64,000 nucleotides of DNA. Origin: an uncultured Candidatus Saccharibacteria bacterium (GTDB lineage: Bacteria; Patescibacteriota; Saccharimonadia; Saccharimonadales; UBA4665). The translations under genes and the position numbers were made by a program. Under the pieces are notes generated by a model that was given only the letters and a program-made list of their open reading frames with translations, searched no databases and had not been told where the DNA came from. Within the stretch, counting starts at the first letter, position 1; each line of letters starts with the position of its first letter. Where the stretch lies: positions 5,639 through 69,638 of the forward strand of contig CAZDAD010000002.1 of the NCBI GenBank assembly GCA_964503715.1, written 5' to 3'. Below, piece after piece: positions 36,460 to 45,437 of the stretch.

Positions 36460-37408
36460 GCGCCATAACAAACTTCGAGGACGTGAGTTTTTGGCTAACC
36501 CCAATTTTATGGCCGAGACAGAGCATCGCTTAGCTTTGCTGGACGGCTTGAACGACGCTCTGGGCTATGTAGGGCACGATAAACTTTACTTTACTCGTGA
36601 GCGTAATGCCGCCAAGGTCAGTAGTGGTCATAATGTGTTCCCTGCATGTGACATGAACGCTCTATCTGGCAAAAATGGTAACCAGGTGTTTGTAAAACAT
36701 TACATGCCCAGCAAGGGCAAAGAAGCTCAGCATGAAGTTGAAAATCTCAAGCGTGCCGCTACTATACTTGAAAGCACAGATGAACATGGTCTATCTATGC
36801 ATGTTATAAGGCCACACAAGGAAGGGGTTTACGCTGTTGAAAAATATGGTTTTGCAGTGACAACGGACTATTTACCCAATCTAGTAACGATGGATCATGA
36901 GCTGCATCGAATGACTCAGGCAGAATGGCCCTACGCACTACAGTACATGGGTCTTTTCGCAGGGCTTCTTCACGGCCGTGGAGTCATATCTGGTGATTTA
37001 CAACCCAAAAATATTGGTCAGCGATTTAATGCTGCCTTCATGCAGACTAGCGGTCTATCTCAAGAACTAGGTGTTTCATGGGGCCAACCGGTCTTTTTTG
37101 ACCCAGAGAAGTCGAAGTTTTTTGATCCAAATAATAATTCTACCCGACAGGAATATAGCCAGGCTTGTCGTGAAGATGTTACAACCTTGCTGAAATCTCT
37201 GGTTAGCGAAGGTTACATGCATCAGAATGATATCGGCAATCGTAACGAGTTTGAAGAATTTGTATTGCAGAATTTTATGGCAGCCTATGTATATGCTGGT
37301 GGCATTGAGGACATACTCGATGATGATAGACATTGGAACGCTATTTACAACCAAGTTGCAATGCCTAAGGGCTACATTGCACCTAAATCTCGAAGAGGGA
37401 AGCGTTAA
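36452..37408 (+). CDS. protein-kinase-like fold protein K1 (Kdo/WaaP/RIO-like small kinase), paralog of 38887..39825
   Basis: VFVKHY (beta3 Lys), HEVENLK (alphaC Glu), LHGRGVISGDLQPKNIG (catalytic D...N) and VFFDPE (metal-binding Asp). It overlaps A1 by 8 nt. Confidence 0.6.
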   Translation: MSKRHNKLRGREFLANPNFMAETEHRLALLDGLNDALGYVGHDKLYFTRERNAAKVSSGHNVFPACDMNALSGKNGNQVFVKHYMPSKGKEAQHEVENLKRAATILESTDEHGLSMHVIRPHKEGVYAVEKYGFAVTTDYLPNLVTMDHELHRMTQAEWPYALQYMGLFAGLLHGRGVISGDLQPKNIGQRFNAAFMQTSGLSQELGVSWGQPVFFDPEKSKFFDPNNNSTRQEYSQACREDVTTLLKSLVSEGYMHQNDIGNRNEFEEFVLQNFMAAYVYAGGIEDILDDDRHWNAIYNQVAMPKGYIAPKSRRGKR

Positions 37409-38035
37409 GTGGGTGGCAAAGAAGTTGTCATAGCTTGTGTCGCTCCGCCAATGGCGGATGTTGCTATTAGGCGCGACAAGACACTTCACAAGATGCCCGA
37501 ATGGGCGATGGTTTACCCCGCCCCAGACAAGCTGGCTGCCGAACACACTCCAGGCATAGTGACCAAAGAAAATGGTGAAAAATTATTATTCCTAGGATTC
37601 GACAAGAGGACCCCCTGGGAACAGTTAACGGGCAACGAGAAGATTAAGTATGGTTGTGTTGACTGTTTTGGTAAGATGGTTGAAGTTGGTCCCAAGAACA
37701 AGCAAAATCATACTAGTTGGGACGATGTCCAGAGTGACCCAACATTTCACTACAACTTGGCCACAATCTTGGCCCGCCCAGACGAAATATATCCAGACCA
37801 GTCGCAGAACCCGCAGGCTCTTAACCATTGGAAAGATGGCGTGGTGCTCAACTTTGTTAAACATGGCTATGTAAAGAATCTTGATACACCGCTAACTCGA
37901 CGTGCAGGCCGAGAATATGCTTATGAGTCTACAATTGTGTCTGTCAAGTATTGCAACGATGGCAGCAATTACACACTGACCAGTGTTGTGCACCGCATAC
38001 CTCCGACCAAAAAAATCATGAAGGGTTTGGAGTAG
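37409..38035 (+). CDS. hypothetical protein (module-linker gene X)
   Basis: 208-aa ORF whose GTG start follows the K1 stop codon directly. Contains GCVDCFG. No family recognised. Confidence 0.45.
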   Translation: MGGKEVVIACVAPPMADVAIRRDKTLHKMPEWAMVYPAPDKLAAEHTPGIVTKENGEKLLFLGFDKRTPWEQLTGNEKIKYGCVDCFGKMVEVGPKNKQNHTSWDDVQSDPTFHYNLATILARPDEIYPDQSQNPQALNHWKDGVVLNFVKHGYVKNLDTPLTRRAGREYAYESTIVSVKYCNDGSNYTLTSVVHRIPPTKKIMKGLE

Positions 38036-38044
38036 AATAAGGGT

Positions 38045-38338
38045 ATGACTAACTGGGCTGCTCTAAAACAATTGCTGCTAAGATGGGACTTTGCGTATAG
38101 CCCTTTCACTGACTTCTTGGAGATGCGGGATCAGAAGGTCTTCGAACTCTCAGACGGTGAGTTAAGGGCCGAAGCCATTGGGGCTGCGGAAGTTATCTTT
38201 GAGATAGCCTCTGGTGATCCTATGGCCCTAACCATGACAGATGCCTATCAGTATCTTGGTGATATCGATGACAATATGACCAAAGAGCTAGTTGTTGATA
38301 AAGTGGTTAAATACTTGGACAAAAATTATGAACGGTAA
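38045..38338 (+). CDS. hypothetical small acidic protein (gene Y)
   Basis: 97-aa ORF, 9 nt after X, overlapped by the A2 start. Confidence 0.45.
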   Translation: MTNWAALKQLLLRWDFAYSPFTDFLEMRDQKVFELSDGELRAEAIGAAEVIFEIASGDPMALTMTDAYQYLGDIDDNMTKELVVDKVVKYLDKNYER

Positions 38339-38897
38339 CAGCTATATAACTGCACCAGACAATCTGAGGAAAGTCAGTTTCCCTCACGCTGTGCGCAACG
38401 ATGGCAAAGCCGATACATTTACTGATAATGAGGGAGCAATCTACGTGAAACCTCTAGCTCTACACGACTATGCAGCTACTCAGGCACTAGTTGAGGCTGG
38501 CTTAAGCCAGGCGCGTATTGCCACTGCCGATGGTTCAAATGAGTATGTAGCTTTCGGACATAAGAGCGACCTTGTTACTCTATCATCTTTGATGAATGCC
38601 GTTAGGGTTGGCGGCAGTTACGATGATGCGCTAATTATTCTATCTAAGGTTGTTAATATCTACCGTCAAACCAAGGCCCAACTAGGCTTTGTTCCCCTTG
38701 TATCAGGTGGTGATGGCATTGCGTATGACCAATTTACTGACAGTGTTGAATTCGTACCCCCTTATAGTACCTCTGAAGAGGTGACGGCCAATGGGGCCGT
38801 TGCAGAGCTAGCGGAGGTTATGGCGGCTCGAGAAGATACAGACGATGCGGAAGTGGTCCGTAACCTATTTACTGTGGCGGTGCATCATGAAGCCTAA
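38328..38897 (+). CDS. hypothetical protein, module protein A2 (paralog of 35872..36459)
   Basis: See A1. The ATG at 38328 overlaps gene Y by 11 nt. Confidence 0.55.
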   Translation: MNGNSYITAPDNLRKVSFPHAVRNDGKADTFTDNEGAIYVKPLALHDYAATQALVEAGLSQARIATADGSNEYVAFGHKSDLVTLSSLMNAVRVGGSYDDALIILSKVVNIYRQTKAQLGFVPLVSGGDGIAYDQFTDSVEFVPPYSTSEEVTANGAVAELAEVMAAREDTDDAEVVRNLFTVAVHHEA

Positions 38898-39825
38898 CAA
38901 GCAGCCAAAAATGGAGTTTCCCGAGATTCGGATTGCTCAGGTTGATGAGCTGACCCCATCGCAAAAGCATGATATCGTTCGCCAGATAAGACCTGCAATC
39001 GAGGAAGATACTGGCGTACGCTTTAAGCAGGTAGTCAATGGTGTTACTCCTGGTAAGAAAGACAGTCGACACGATGTATTTAGGATGAGTGCGATCGGTC
39101 ACGATGGCGCCACTTCGTCTATGTACGTCAAGCGTTTTCGTAACAAAAAAGATGCTGCCTACGAGAAGGAAATGATTCAAGCAGTGAAGGACCGAGGCTT
39201 TGATGGGCTGAACCCAATTGGTCGAGGTGTATTCGACATATCAGAGCACGGTTTTGCACTGGTTACCGAGGAGATACCTCGCTTAGAGACTCTAAATATA
39301 GTTGATTGGCGAGATTACCGTCGGACTTGGCGTGGCGAAAAAGGTGCACACAGCGATCACTTATCTAACCTAATGCATGATGTGGCTCATTATGTTGGTG
39401 ACTTACATCGAAATGGGATTGGCTATCACGATTTGGTTCTACAAAACATCGGCAAAGTCCCATCTGGCGAACTTATACCTTTTGACCTTGAATTCGTAAA
39501 ACTCTATAACCCAGATGATAAATATAACTTTCAGTTCATCGTTGATAAGCAGAATGACTTACTTAGCTTGGCCCGATCTTTAGCGGTGTCGATTGGTGTC
39601 TTTGAGGAAGACTATGATGCATTCAAAGATATGCTCTGCTCTGATCTATTAATGCCATATGCTAAAGCTACCGGCGACTTACGAATGTTTGAGCAGGCTG
39701 AAACAATGGCACGCTGGGGTGTGGAATGGGCTAACAAACAACGCGATCAAGAGGCTGCTCGCCGATCGGCACTGTCTAACTTGGCAAAGGCCCTCAAAGA
39801 TGACTCCTTCCGCCCCGCCGACTAA
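38887..39825 (+). CDS. protein-kinase-like fold protein K2, paralog of K1
   Basis: MYVKRF (Lys), YEKEMIQ (Glu), LHRNGIGYHDLVLQNIG (D...N) and IPFDLE (Asp). The ATG at 38887 overlaps A2 by 11 nt. Confidence 0.6.
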   Translation: MKPNKQPKMEFPEIRIAQVDELTPSQKHDIVRQIRPAIEEDTGVRFKQVVNGVTPGKKDSRHDVFRMSAIGHDGATSSMYVKRFRNKKDAAYEKEMIQAVKDRGFDGLNPIGRGVFDISEHGFALVTEEIPRLETLNIVDWRDYRRTWRGEKGAHSDHLSNLMHDVAHYVGDLHRNGIGYHDLVLQNIGKVPSGELIPFDLEFVKLYNPDDKYNFQFIVDKQNDLLSLARSLAVSIGVFEEDYDAFKDMLCSDLLMPYAKATGDLRMFEQAETMARWGVEWANKQRDQEAARRSALSNLAKALKDDSFRPAD

Positions 39826-39828
39826 CGG

Positions 39829-39857
39829 TTGACGCTAAAAATTAGGTTGTATATAGT
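39829..39857 (+). promoter_or_regulatory. sigma70-type promoter of groES-groEL
   Basis: TTGACG (39829-34), a 17-nt spacer, then TATAGT (39852-57). Confidence 0.6.
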
Positions 39858-39897
39858 GAGTGCCAGCGGGTTGGCACTCACTTGCTTTAAGTGCCAG
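39856..39897. promoter_or_regulatory. CIRCE-like (HrcA-operator-like) inverted repeats overlapping the groES promoter/5' UTR
   Basis: GTGAGTGCCA (39856-65), a 6-nt spacer, then TGGCACTCAC (39872-81) form a perfect 10-bp inverted repeat. Overlapping it, TTGGCACTC-N9-AAGTGCCAG (39871-97) matches 14 of 18 positions of the CIRCE consensus TTAGCACTC-N9-GAGTGCTAA. Confidence 0.55.
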
Positions 39898-39932
39898 TTC
39901 CGATGAAAATCACTTTGTTTAGGAGGGAATTT

Positions 39933-40205
39933 ATGAGCGCAAAAGTTAAGCCGCTTGCTGAATATGTTGTGGTTGTTGCAGAAGAGGCACCAACAAAAAC
40001 CTCAAGTGGGCTATATTTACCACCAAGTGCTAGCGAAAAACCAAGAGTAGCCAAAATAGTTGCTATTGGCACGCAGGTGAAAGATGTCAAAGTTGGAGAT
40101 AGGGTTCTATATAAGAATGAGTATGAGGCCGTAACCGTAAAGTTAGACGGTGAGTCCTTCACAGTCGTAAATTCACAAAACCTAATTGCGGTAATTGGGG
40201 GTTAA
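39933..40205 (+). CDS. groES: co-chaperonin GroES
   Basis: Begins MSAKVKPLAEYVVV...SGLYLP, preceded by an AGGAGGG RBS. 90 aa, immediately upstream of groEL. Confidence 0.9.
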   Translation: MSAKVKPLAEYVVVVAEEAPTKTSSGLYLPPSASEKPRVAKIVAIGTQVKDVKVGDRVLYKNEYEAVTVKLDGESFTVVNSQNLIAVIGG

Positions 40206-40207
40206 GA

Positions 40208-41854
40208 ATGTCTAATAAAGTTTTCTATGATGACGAAGCACGTCGCCGTGTCTTGGGCGGCGCTAAATTGCTCTATGATGCAGTCAAGACAACTATGGGG
40301 CCAAGAGGGCGCAATGTTGTTATAGGCAAGGCCTATGGTGCGCCGACTGTTACACATGATGGTGTGACTGTAGCGAGGGGTGTTGATGTAGCCGAAGTCG
40401 ATGACGAGACTTTGGGCTACAAAGTCGGTGCGGAGCTAATCAAAAAAGCCGCCTCCAAGATGAACGATGTAGCAGGTGATGGTACAACCACGGTTACCGT
40501 TCTGACATACACTATCCTGAATGAAGCCAATAAGTTGATAGCCGCTGGGCATAATCCAATGCTTCTACGCAAAGGGCTTGAAGCTGCCGCTACAGACGTA
40601 CTAGAGGCCCTTGATGGTATGCGTGAAGATGTTGCAGCGAACAAGAAGCGCATCTCTGAGGTGGCAACAATTTCTGCAGGCGATGCTGAGATTGGCAGTC
40701 TAATAGCCGACGTTATGGACGAGGTGACTCGAGATGGTGTTGTCACTGTAGAAGAAGGCAAGGGTTTATCTGTCGAGAGTGAGATAGTCGATGGATTTAC
40801 TATGGATAGTGGCTACGTCAGCCCGTACATGGCTACAGATACGACAAGATTAGTCGCTGTATATGACAAACCTGCTGTAGTAATTACTGACAAAAAGATC
40901 AGTTCGATTCAGGAGTTCTTGCCGCTACTAGAGAAATTAGCTCAATCTGGGAAGAAGGACCTAGTTCTGTTTGCCGAAGATGTAGACGGAGAGGCACTGA
41001 CCACGTTAGTCTTGAATCGACTCAAGGGCGTGTTCAATACAGTCGCCGTCAAGGTATCGGATATTGGTGGTGATCGAAAAGACAGGCTAGAGGATATTGC
41101 TGCTCTAACTGGCGCTACAGTCATTAGTGAGAGCAAGGGTTACACTTTCGAAGATGCTGATCTAAACGCCGTAGGCTCTGCCCGTAAGGTAATTGTTGGT
41201 AAGGATTCTACCACTATCATTGAAGGCTCAGGCTCTAGTGTGGCCGTTGATTTACGCATTCAGGAGATAGCTGCTCAGGCGCAACAGGCGGAGAGTAACT
41301 ACGAAAAGACCAAGTTGGATAAGCGCCGTGCTGCCCTATCTGGCAAGGTGGCTGTAATCAAGGTTGGAGGCGCTACCGAAACTGAGATAGAAGAAAAGAA
41401 GTTCCGTGTTGATGATGCCGTAGCCGCCGTAAAGGCAGCTCTTGCCGAGGGCATTGTGCCTGGTGGTGGTGTCACCCTAGTAAACCTCGAGTCGGCTGCG
41501 GTTGGCAAACCCAAGACTGATGATGACCCATCGATAGTCGCAGGCCGCCAATTGCTTAGGAACGCCCTAGAGCAGCCTTTCCGTGTGTTATTGAGTAATG
41601 CTGGGCTAAACGCCGATGAGTGGCTACCACAGGTGCGTTCAGCCAAGCCAGGACACGGCCTAAACGTTAATCACCCCACAAAACTAGTAGATCTAAAGGC
41701 AGCGGGGATCGTTGACCCCGCTCGTGTGACTCGTGAGGCACTGATGAACGCCGTGTCAATTGCAGGTACTAGTATGACTATGGGTGCTTTGATTGTTGAC
41801 GTACCCGAAGCCAAAGACCCAGGCTCGTCTATGGGCGGAATGGGAATGATGTAG
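40208..41854 (+). CDS. groEL: chaperonin GroEL
   Basis: AGDGTTTVTVL, the canonical GroEL domain order and a C-terminal GGMGMM tail. Confidence 0.95.
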   Translation: MSNKVFYDDEARRRVLGGAKLLYDAVKTTMGPRGRNVVIGKAYGAPTVTHDGVTVARGVDVAEVDDETLGYKVGAELIKKAASKMNDVAGDGTTTVTVLTYTILNEANKLIAAGHNPMLLRKGLEAAATDVLEALDGMREDVAANKKRISEVATISAGDAEIGSLIADVMDEVTRDGVVTVEEGKGLSVESEIVDGFTMDSGYVSPYMATDTTRLVAVYDKPAVVITDKKISSIQEFLPLLEKLAQSGKKDLVLFAEDVDGEALTTLVLNRLKGVFNTVAVKVSDIGGDRKDRLEDIAALTGATVISESKGYTFEDADLNAVGSARKVIVGKDSTTIIEGSGSSVAVDLRIQEIAAQAQQAESNYEKTKLDKRRAALSGKVAVIKVGGATETEIEEKKFRVDDAVAAVKAALAEGIVPGGGVTLVNLESAAVGKPKTDDDPSIVAGRQLLRNALEQPFRVLLSNAGLNADEWLPQVRSAKPGHGLNVNHPTKLVDLKAAGIVDPARVTREALMNAVSIAGTSMTMGALIVDVPEAKDPGSSMGGMGMM

Positions 41855-41873
41855 AATTGTCTACACAAAATAT

Positions 41874-41900
41874 AAACACCCCTTATTGTGAGGGGTGTTT
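41874..41900. terminator. bidirectional rho-independent terminator (groEL / small minus-strand ORF)
   Basis: AAACACCCCT-TATTGTG-AGGGGTGTTT, with a T-run after it on the plus strand and an A-run before it. Confidence 0.75.
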
Positions 41901-41921
41901 TAGTTTGCGATGCCCAAAAAT

Positions 41922-42116
41922 CTAGGATAATGTGCGCTTGATACCGCCGTAGGCACTTGTGGCGATTCCACGTCGTACTTCTTTGAGTGGGTTAGGTTTA
42001 CCGAGAAAATCGAGAACAGAGCCAAAGCCAAGAACAGCGACTATGCCAAAGCCGACGGTCGCGAGAAATTCCTTGCGTGTAACTTCCCTCTCAAGGAGGT
42101 TATGAAACTGCTGCAC
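41922..42116 (-). CDS. small (64 aa) protein consisting of a Tat-signal-like segment (TRKEFL plus h-region) and a short basic tail
   Basis: MQQFHNLLEREVTRKEFLATVGFGIVAVLGFGSVLDFLG... It lies 85 nt downstream of tatC on the same strand. Confidence 0.4.
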   Translation of the reverse strand: MQQFHNLLEREVTRKEFLATVGFGIVAVLGFGSVLDFLGKPNPLKEVRRGIATSAYGGIKRTLS

Positions 42117-42201
42117 TGTTTTACCTTTTGTTTTTGGTTTTTTATTTTTGGAAAACCTAAGGTCAGGATAACCCTAATGTTTAAAATTGTCAACAGGCTA
42201 T

Positions 42202-43500
42202 TTAATAATCTATCTCAGCGGTAAACGAACGAAAGCGGCGGCGTTCATATTCACGGATATATTTGCTGGGCCGACGTGTACTATTTTCAGAACTTACTTT
42301 GCGAATAGGCGTTGATGATACTGGATTTAACCTCTGGCCAACTGGAGCAACTTCTTGTACGAACTGTGCAGCAATCGGCGAATTGTTAGCTTGTCTCTGT
42401 GGGGATGGGGACATATTTGTTGGCTGCTGTACCTTGGATAAGTCAAGTAGCCTCTCTGTGCCGCTGTCTCCAAATGATGTCGAGGTTTTTTGAGTAGTGG
42501 TTCGTCTAGCTGATAGCTTAAGTGTGGCGTTTACTGCCGCCTTAGGTTTTGGTGGGCTACTGGCAATTGAGGCTACGTACTGGTTATTAGACTGCTCTAA
42601 TTCTTCTGTATCAAGTTCGTCGTTCCAATTCATCTGGGCAATACTGAAATCGCTCAGGCGCTGCTCGCGACTGGCGGCATCTTGTTCGCGTAGCTTTTTT
42701 ACTCTGGCGGGGCGATCGAGTCTACGATTTACAATCCATATCATCGCTACGGCGAGGTTATACATCAGGATAATTGGTAGGCTTAGAATAGCCTGGTTGC
42801 GGACATCAGGAGTGGGACTTATCATCGCGCCAATTATGAATGACAACAATATAACCCATCGTTGCTTGGCCATTAGCCTCTTAGCACTGAGCCTCTGTAT
42901 CTTGTTGATGGTTATCAGGACTAGGGGGAGCTGGAATAGTAAACCAGAGCCTATTAGGTAGGCTAGGACAAACGAGAAATAAGATTGGATATTGATAAGG
43001 GCTTCAATCTGTTGGTTTTTGGCGAAGCCATGTAATAGGAAGTTAAGCCCCGAGGGCAGGGCTATAAAGTAACCAAAACACACGCCAATTACGGCTAAAA
43101 CACATGACCATATGCCAACTCGTGCCAAGAAGCCAACTGTCGTGTTTGAGGCCAGTGGGGATAAGTACCGCAATAGCTGGTAGACAATTACAGGAATGCT
43201 AGCTAGCAGGCCTGTTGCTATACAGAGTTGAAAGGCAAAGTCAAAGCCTCCACCTGGGGTAGTGAAGATAAACTGCTGGTCACCAGCAGGTTTTAGAAGT
43301 ATCTTCGTCAAGACCTCCTGGTTGGAGGCGGCAAGACCTGCAAAGATAGCAACAGAAAGAGCAATGTAAATCAACCTCGTGCGAAGTTCTCGGACGTGGG
43401 CAATAAACGGCTGTTTTTCTGGGCCTAGAGTGGTCTTACGCTGCTGGTCCCGAGCGTGGAGTGCCGTCTTTTTCCTTTGAGTTTTTCTCTTGAGTGCCAT
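42202..43500 (-). CDS. tatC: twin-arginine translocase subunit TatC with a roughly 170-aa low-complexity C-terminal extension
   Basis: [20 protein letters not shown] and a six-TM core typical of TatC. The ATG at 43500 is the only ATG/GTG/TTG codon upstream of this conserved motif, which gives a 65-nt overlap with tatA. Confidence 0.8.
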   Translation of the reverse strand: MALKRKTQRKKTALHARDQQRKTTLGPEKQPFIAHVRELRTRLIYIALSVAIFAGLAASNQEVLTKILLKPAGDQQFIFTTPGGGFDFAFQLCIATGLLASIPVIVYQLLRYLSPLASNTTVGFLARVGIWSCVLAVIGVCFGYFIALPSGLNFLLHGFAKNQQIEALINIQSYFSFVLAYLIGSGLLFQLPLVLITINKIQRLSAKRLMAKQRWVILLSFIIGAMISPTPDVRNQAILSLPIILMYNLAVAMIWIVNRRLDRPARVKKLREQDAASREQRLSDFSIAQMNWNDELDTEELEQSNNQYVASIASSPPKPKAAVNATLKLSARRTTTQKTSTSFGDSGTERLLDLSKVQQPTNMSPSPQRQANNSPIAAQFVQEVAPVGQRLNPVSSTPIRKVSSENSTRRPSKYIREYERRRFRSFTAEIDY

Positions 43501-43654
43501 CGCTCAAACCTTTCTTAAGCTCGCGCACTGATGAACCCGCACTGCGGGCAAGTTCTGGTAACTTCTTGCTACCAAAAAGCAACAAGACAATTAAGAAAAT
43601 AACTATTAGTTCAGGCGTACCAAGCCCAAACAGTTCAGCAAAATTGCTAACCAT
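43436..43654 (-). CDS. tatA: twin-arginine translocase subunit TatA/E
   Basis: Begins [49 protein letters not shown]. The ATG at 43654 is preceded by GAGGGA. Confidence 0.85.
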   Translation of the reverse strand: MVSNFAELFGLGTPELIVIFLIVLLLFGSKKLPELARSAGSSVRELKKGLSDGTQEKNSKEKDGTPRSGPAA

Positions 43655-43748
43655 TGTGTTTCCCTCGTTATTAAGCAACTGTGTGTATCATACCATAAGC
43701 GACATACACCGTAATAGATGCTGCTCTATATTCTGAAATTCATATAGA

Positions 43749-44327
43749 TTAAGCGTTGTTTTCTTTGGCGTGTGTGAAATAGTTGATTTCGTTTACTATA
43801 TCCAACAATGCCTGAGCACGAACTTTTTCGTCTTGAATCTGTGTGGCGGCGCTGTAAGCCTCTTTTATGAGGTCTGAGTTATCAGATGCTTGAATCATCA
43901 TCATAGTAGTGCGGAATTTTTCCTCTGGATCTTGATCTAGCTGGCCAACCAGTGGCCCTAGTTGTTGAAGAGCCTGCTGTTTGATGTTAATTAAGTCATC
44001 ACTAACTGGTGCTACTGGTTGTGTTACCTGTGCTGGAGCTGGCTCCACTGTAGGTTCAGCTACGGGGCTATCGAATGGTGATGGAGTAGCGGTTGTCTGA
44101 TCGAACATAGACGGTGCAGGTGTTTTTGTAGCAGGAGAGGCAACTTGAGGCTCGACTACAGGCACTGTCTGGTCAACTGCTGGTGCTACGGTTGGCGCCA
44201 CAGCGCTGATAGCATCTACATAGCTAGTGGTATTGTCTGCGGGTGCCGTATTGGCCATCTCGTCCTTGGACGCTGGCTGCAATGTGGCCCCTGAAAAAGA
44301 TGTGTCATTTGTTGGCTGCCCAAACAT
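43749..44327 (-). CDS. hypothetical protein with a P/A/V-rich N-terminal half and a helical C-terminal domain
   Basis: 192-aa ORF. No motif recognised. Confidence 0.45.
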   Translation of the reverse strand: MFGQPTNDTSFSGATLQPASKDEMANTAPADNTTSYVDAISAVAPTVAPAVDQTVPVVEPQVASPATKTPAPSMFDQTTATPSPFDSPVAEPTVEPAPAQVTQPVAPVSDDLINIKQQALQQLGPLVGQLDQDPEEKFRTTMMMIQASDNSDLIKEAYSAATQIQDEKVRAQALLDIVNEINYFTHAKENNA

Positions 44328-44402
44328 GTAATGTTTCCCCCCTAATTGCCTTTTGGAATATAATGATAACTACTACCATGATACCACAAGGAGGGGAGTA
44401 AT

Positions 44403-45437
44403 ATGCTAGACGATTTGAAGATGATTCATGAACGTGATGCTGCTGATGCCTTAGGAATTGCCGAAAAACAATCAGAACAACTACTCGCAAGTTTTGAGCT
44501 ACTCGGTCAACATACAACAGCGAGTATTAAGAACGTAGTTTATGCAGGTATGGGTGGTTCCGCATTGGCCGCATCCTTTATTCATACCTGGCCAACGCTT
44601 GATATTCCCTTTGAGATTGTTAGAGATTACGATCTGCCCGCATACGTCGGTCCTGAAACGCTTGTAATTTGCGCCAGCTACTCTGGAAATACTGAGGAGA
44701 CTCTTAGCACTTTGGCGCAGGCCGAGAGTAAGTCGGCACAAATTGCTGTCATTGCTGGCGGTGGTCAGTTGTGGGCTGCGGCGGAAGAGAAGAACTACCT
44801 TAGAGTAATGCTACCGAAAGCTGCGCAACCTCGTTACGCAGTTCTATATAATTTTAAGGCTTTATTGGAATTGCTGCGTTCCGCAAACGTCTTAAACATT
44901 GACTATACGTCTAATCTAGAAGCAGCATCAGGCCTGCTATCGGAGGCCGTCAAGCAATGGCTGCCAACTGTTCCTACTAGCCAGAACCCCGCCAAACAGC
45001 TTGCCCAGGAACTTATGGGTCAATCAGTGGTGGTGTACGCTGGGCCGAAGTTAGCACCCGCTGCCTACAAGTGGAAAATAAGTATCAACGAAAATGCTAA
45101 GCAGGTTGCTTGGTGGAACTATTTCCCTGAGCTCAATCACAACGAGTTCATTGGCTGGAGTAAGCAGCCTATAGACAAGCCATATGCCGTTGTTGACCTA
45201 AGGGGTTCGTGTGAGCACGAACGTATTACAAAGCGTTTTGAGGTAACTGAACGGCTACTGTCGGGTATGCGTCCGCAGCCGCACGTTGTGCAGGCACAGG
45301 GTGAAAACGCTTTTCAGCAGCTAGTTTGGACGGTCGCATTTGGTGATTTCGTTAGTCTGTATTTGGCCTTACTGAATGGGCTTAACCCTGCACCAGTTGA
45401 CCTTGTAGAGAAATTTAAACAGGAGCTAGGAAAATAA
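44403..45437 (+). CDS. bifunctional phosphoglucose/phosphomannose isomerase-like SIS-domain protein
   Basis: GMGGSALAA and CASYSGNTEET are SIS-domain signatures, and the C-terminal domain is typical of archaeal-type PGI/PMI. A GGAGGGGAG RBS lies upstream. Confidence 0.65.
   Translation: MLDDLKMIHERDAADALGIAEKQSEQLLASFELLGQHTTASIKNVVYAGMGGSALAASFIHTWPTLDIPFEIVRDYDLPAYVGPETLVICASYSGNTEETLSTLAQAESKSAQIAVIAGGGQLWAAAEEKNYLRVMLPKAAQPRYAVLYNFKALLELLRSANVLNIDYTSNLEAASGLLSEAVKQWLPTVPTSQNPAKQLAQELMGQSVVVYAGPKLAPAAYKWKISINENAKQVAWWNYFPELNHNEFIGWSKQPIDKPYAVVDLRGSCEHERITKRFEVTERLLSGMRPQPHVVQAQGENAFQQLVWTVAFGDFVSLYLALLNGLNPAPVDLVEKFKQELGK

Noticed and set aside
35991-37546. Minus-strand ORFs 35991..36413, 36307..36504 and 37076..37546
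   Set aside because: They are antisense to the A1/K1/X genes, whose frames are supported by paralogy with A2/K2 and by overlapping start/stop junctions.
40417-41646. Minus-strand ORFs inside groEL (40417..40761, 40942..41136, 41299..41646)
   Set aside because: They are antisense to an unmistakable GroEL frame.
42497-42961. 154-aa plus-strand ORF inside tatC (also 42263..42493)
   Set aside because: It is antisense to TatC, and its hydrophobic mirror sequence is expected opposite a membrane-protein gene.
44305-44517. 70-aa minus-strand ORF spanning the 43749 gene start and the PGI/PMI start
   Set aside because: It overlaps the promoter/RBS region (GGAGGGGAG) and the 5' end of a supported plus-strand gene, and has no motif.
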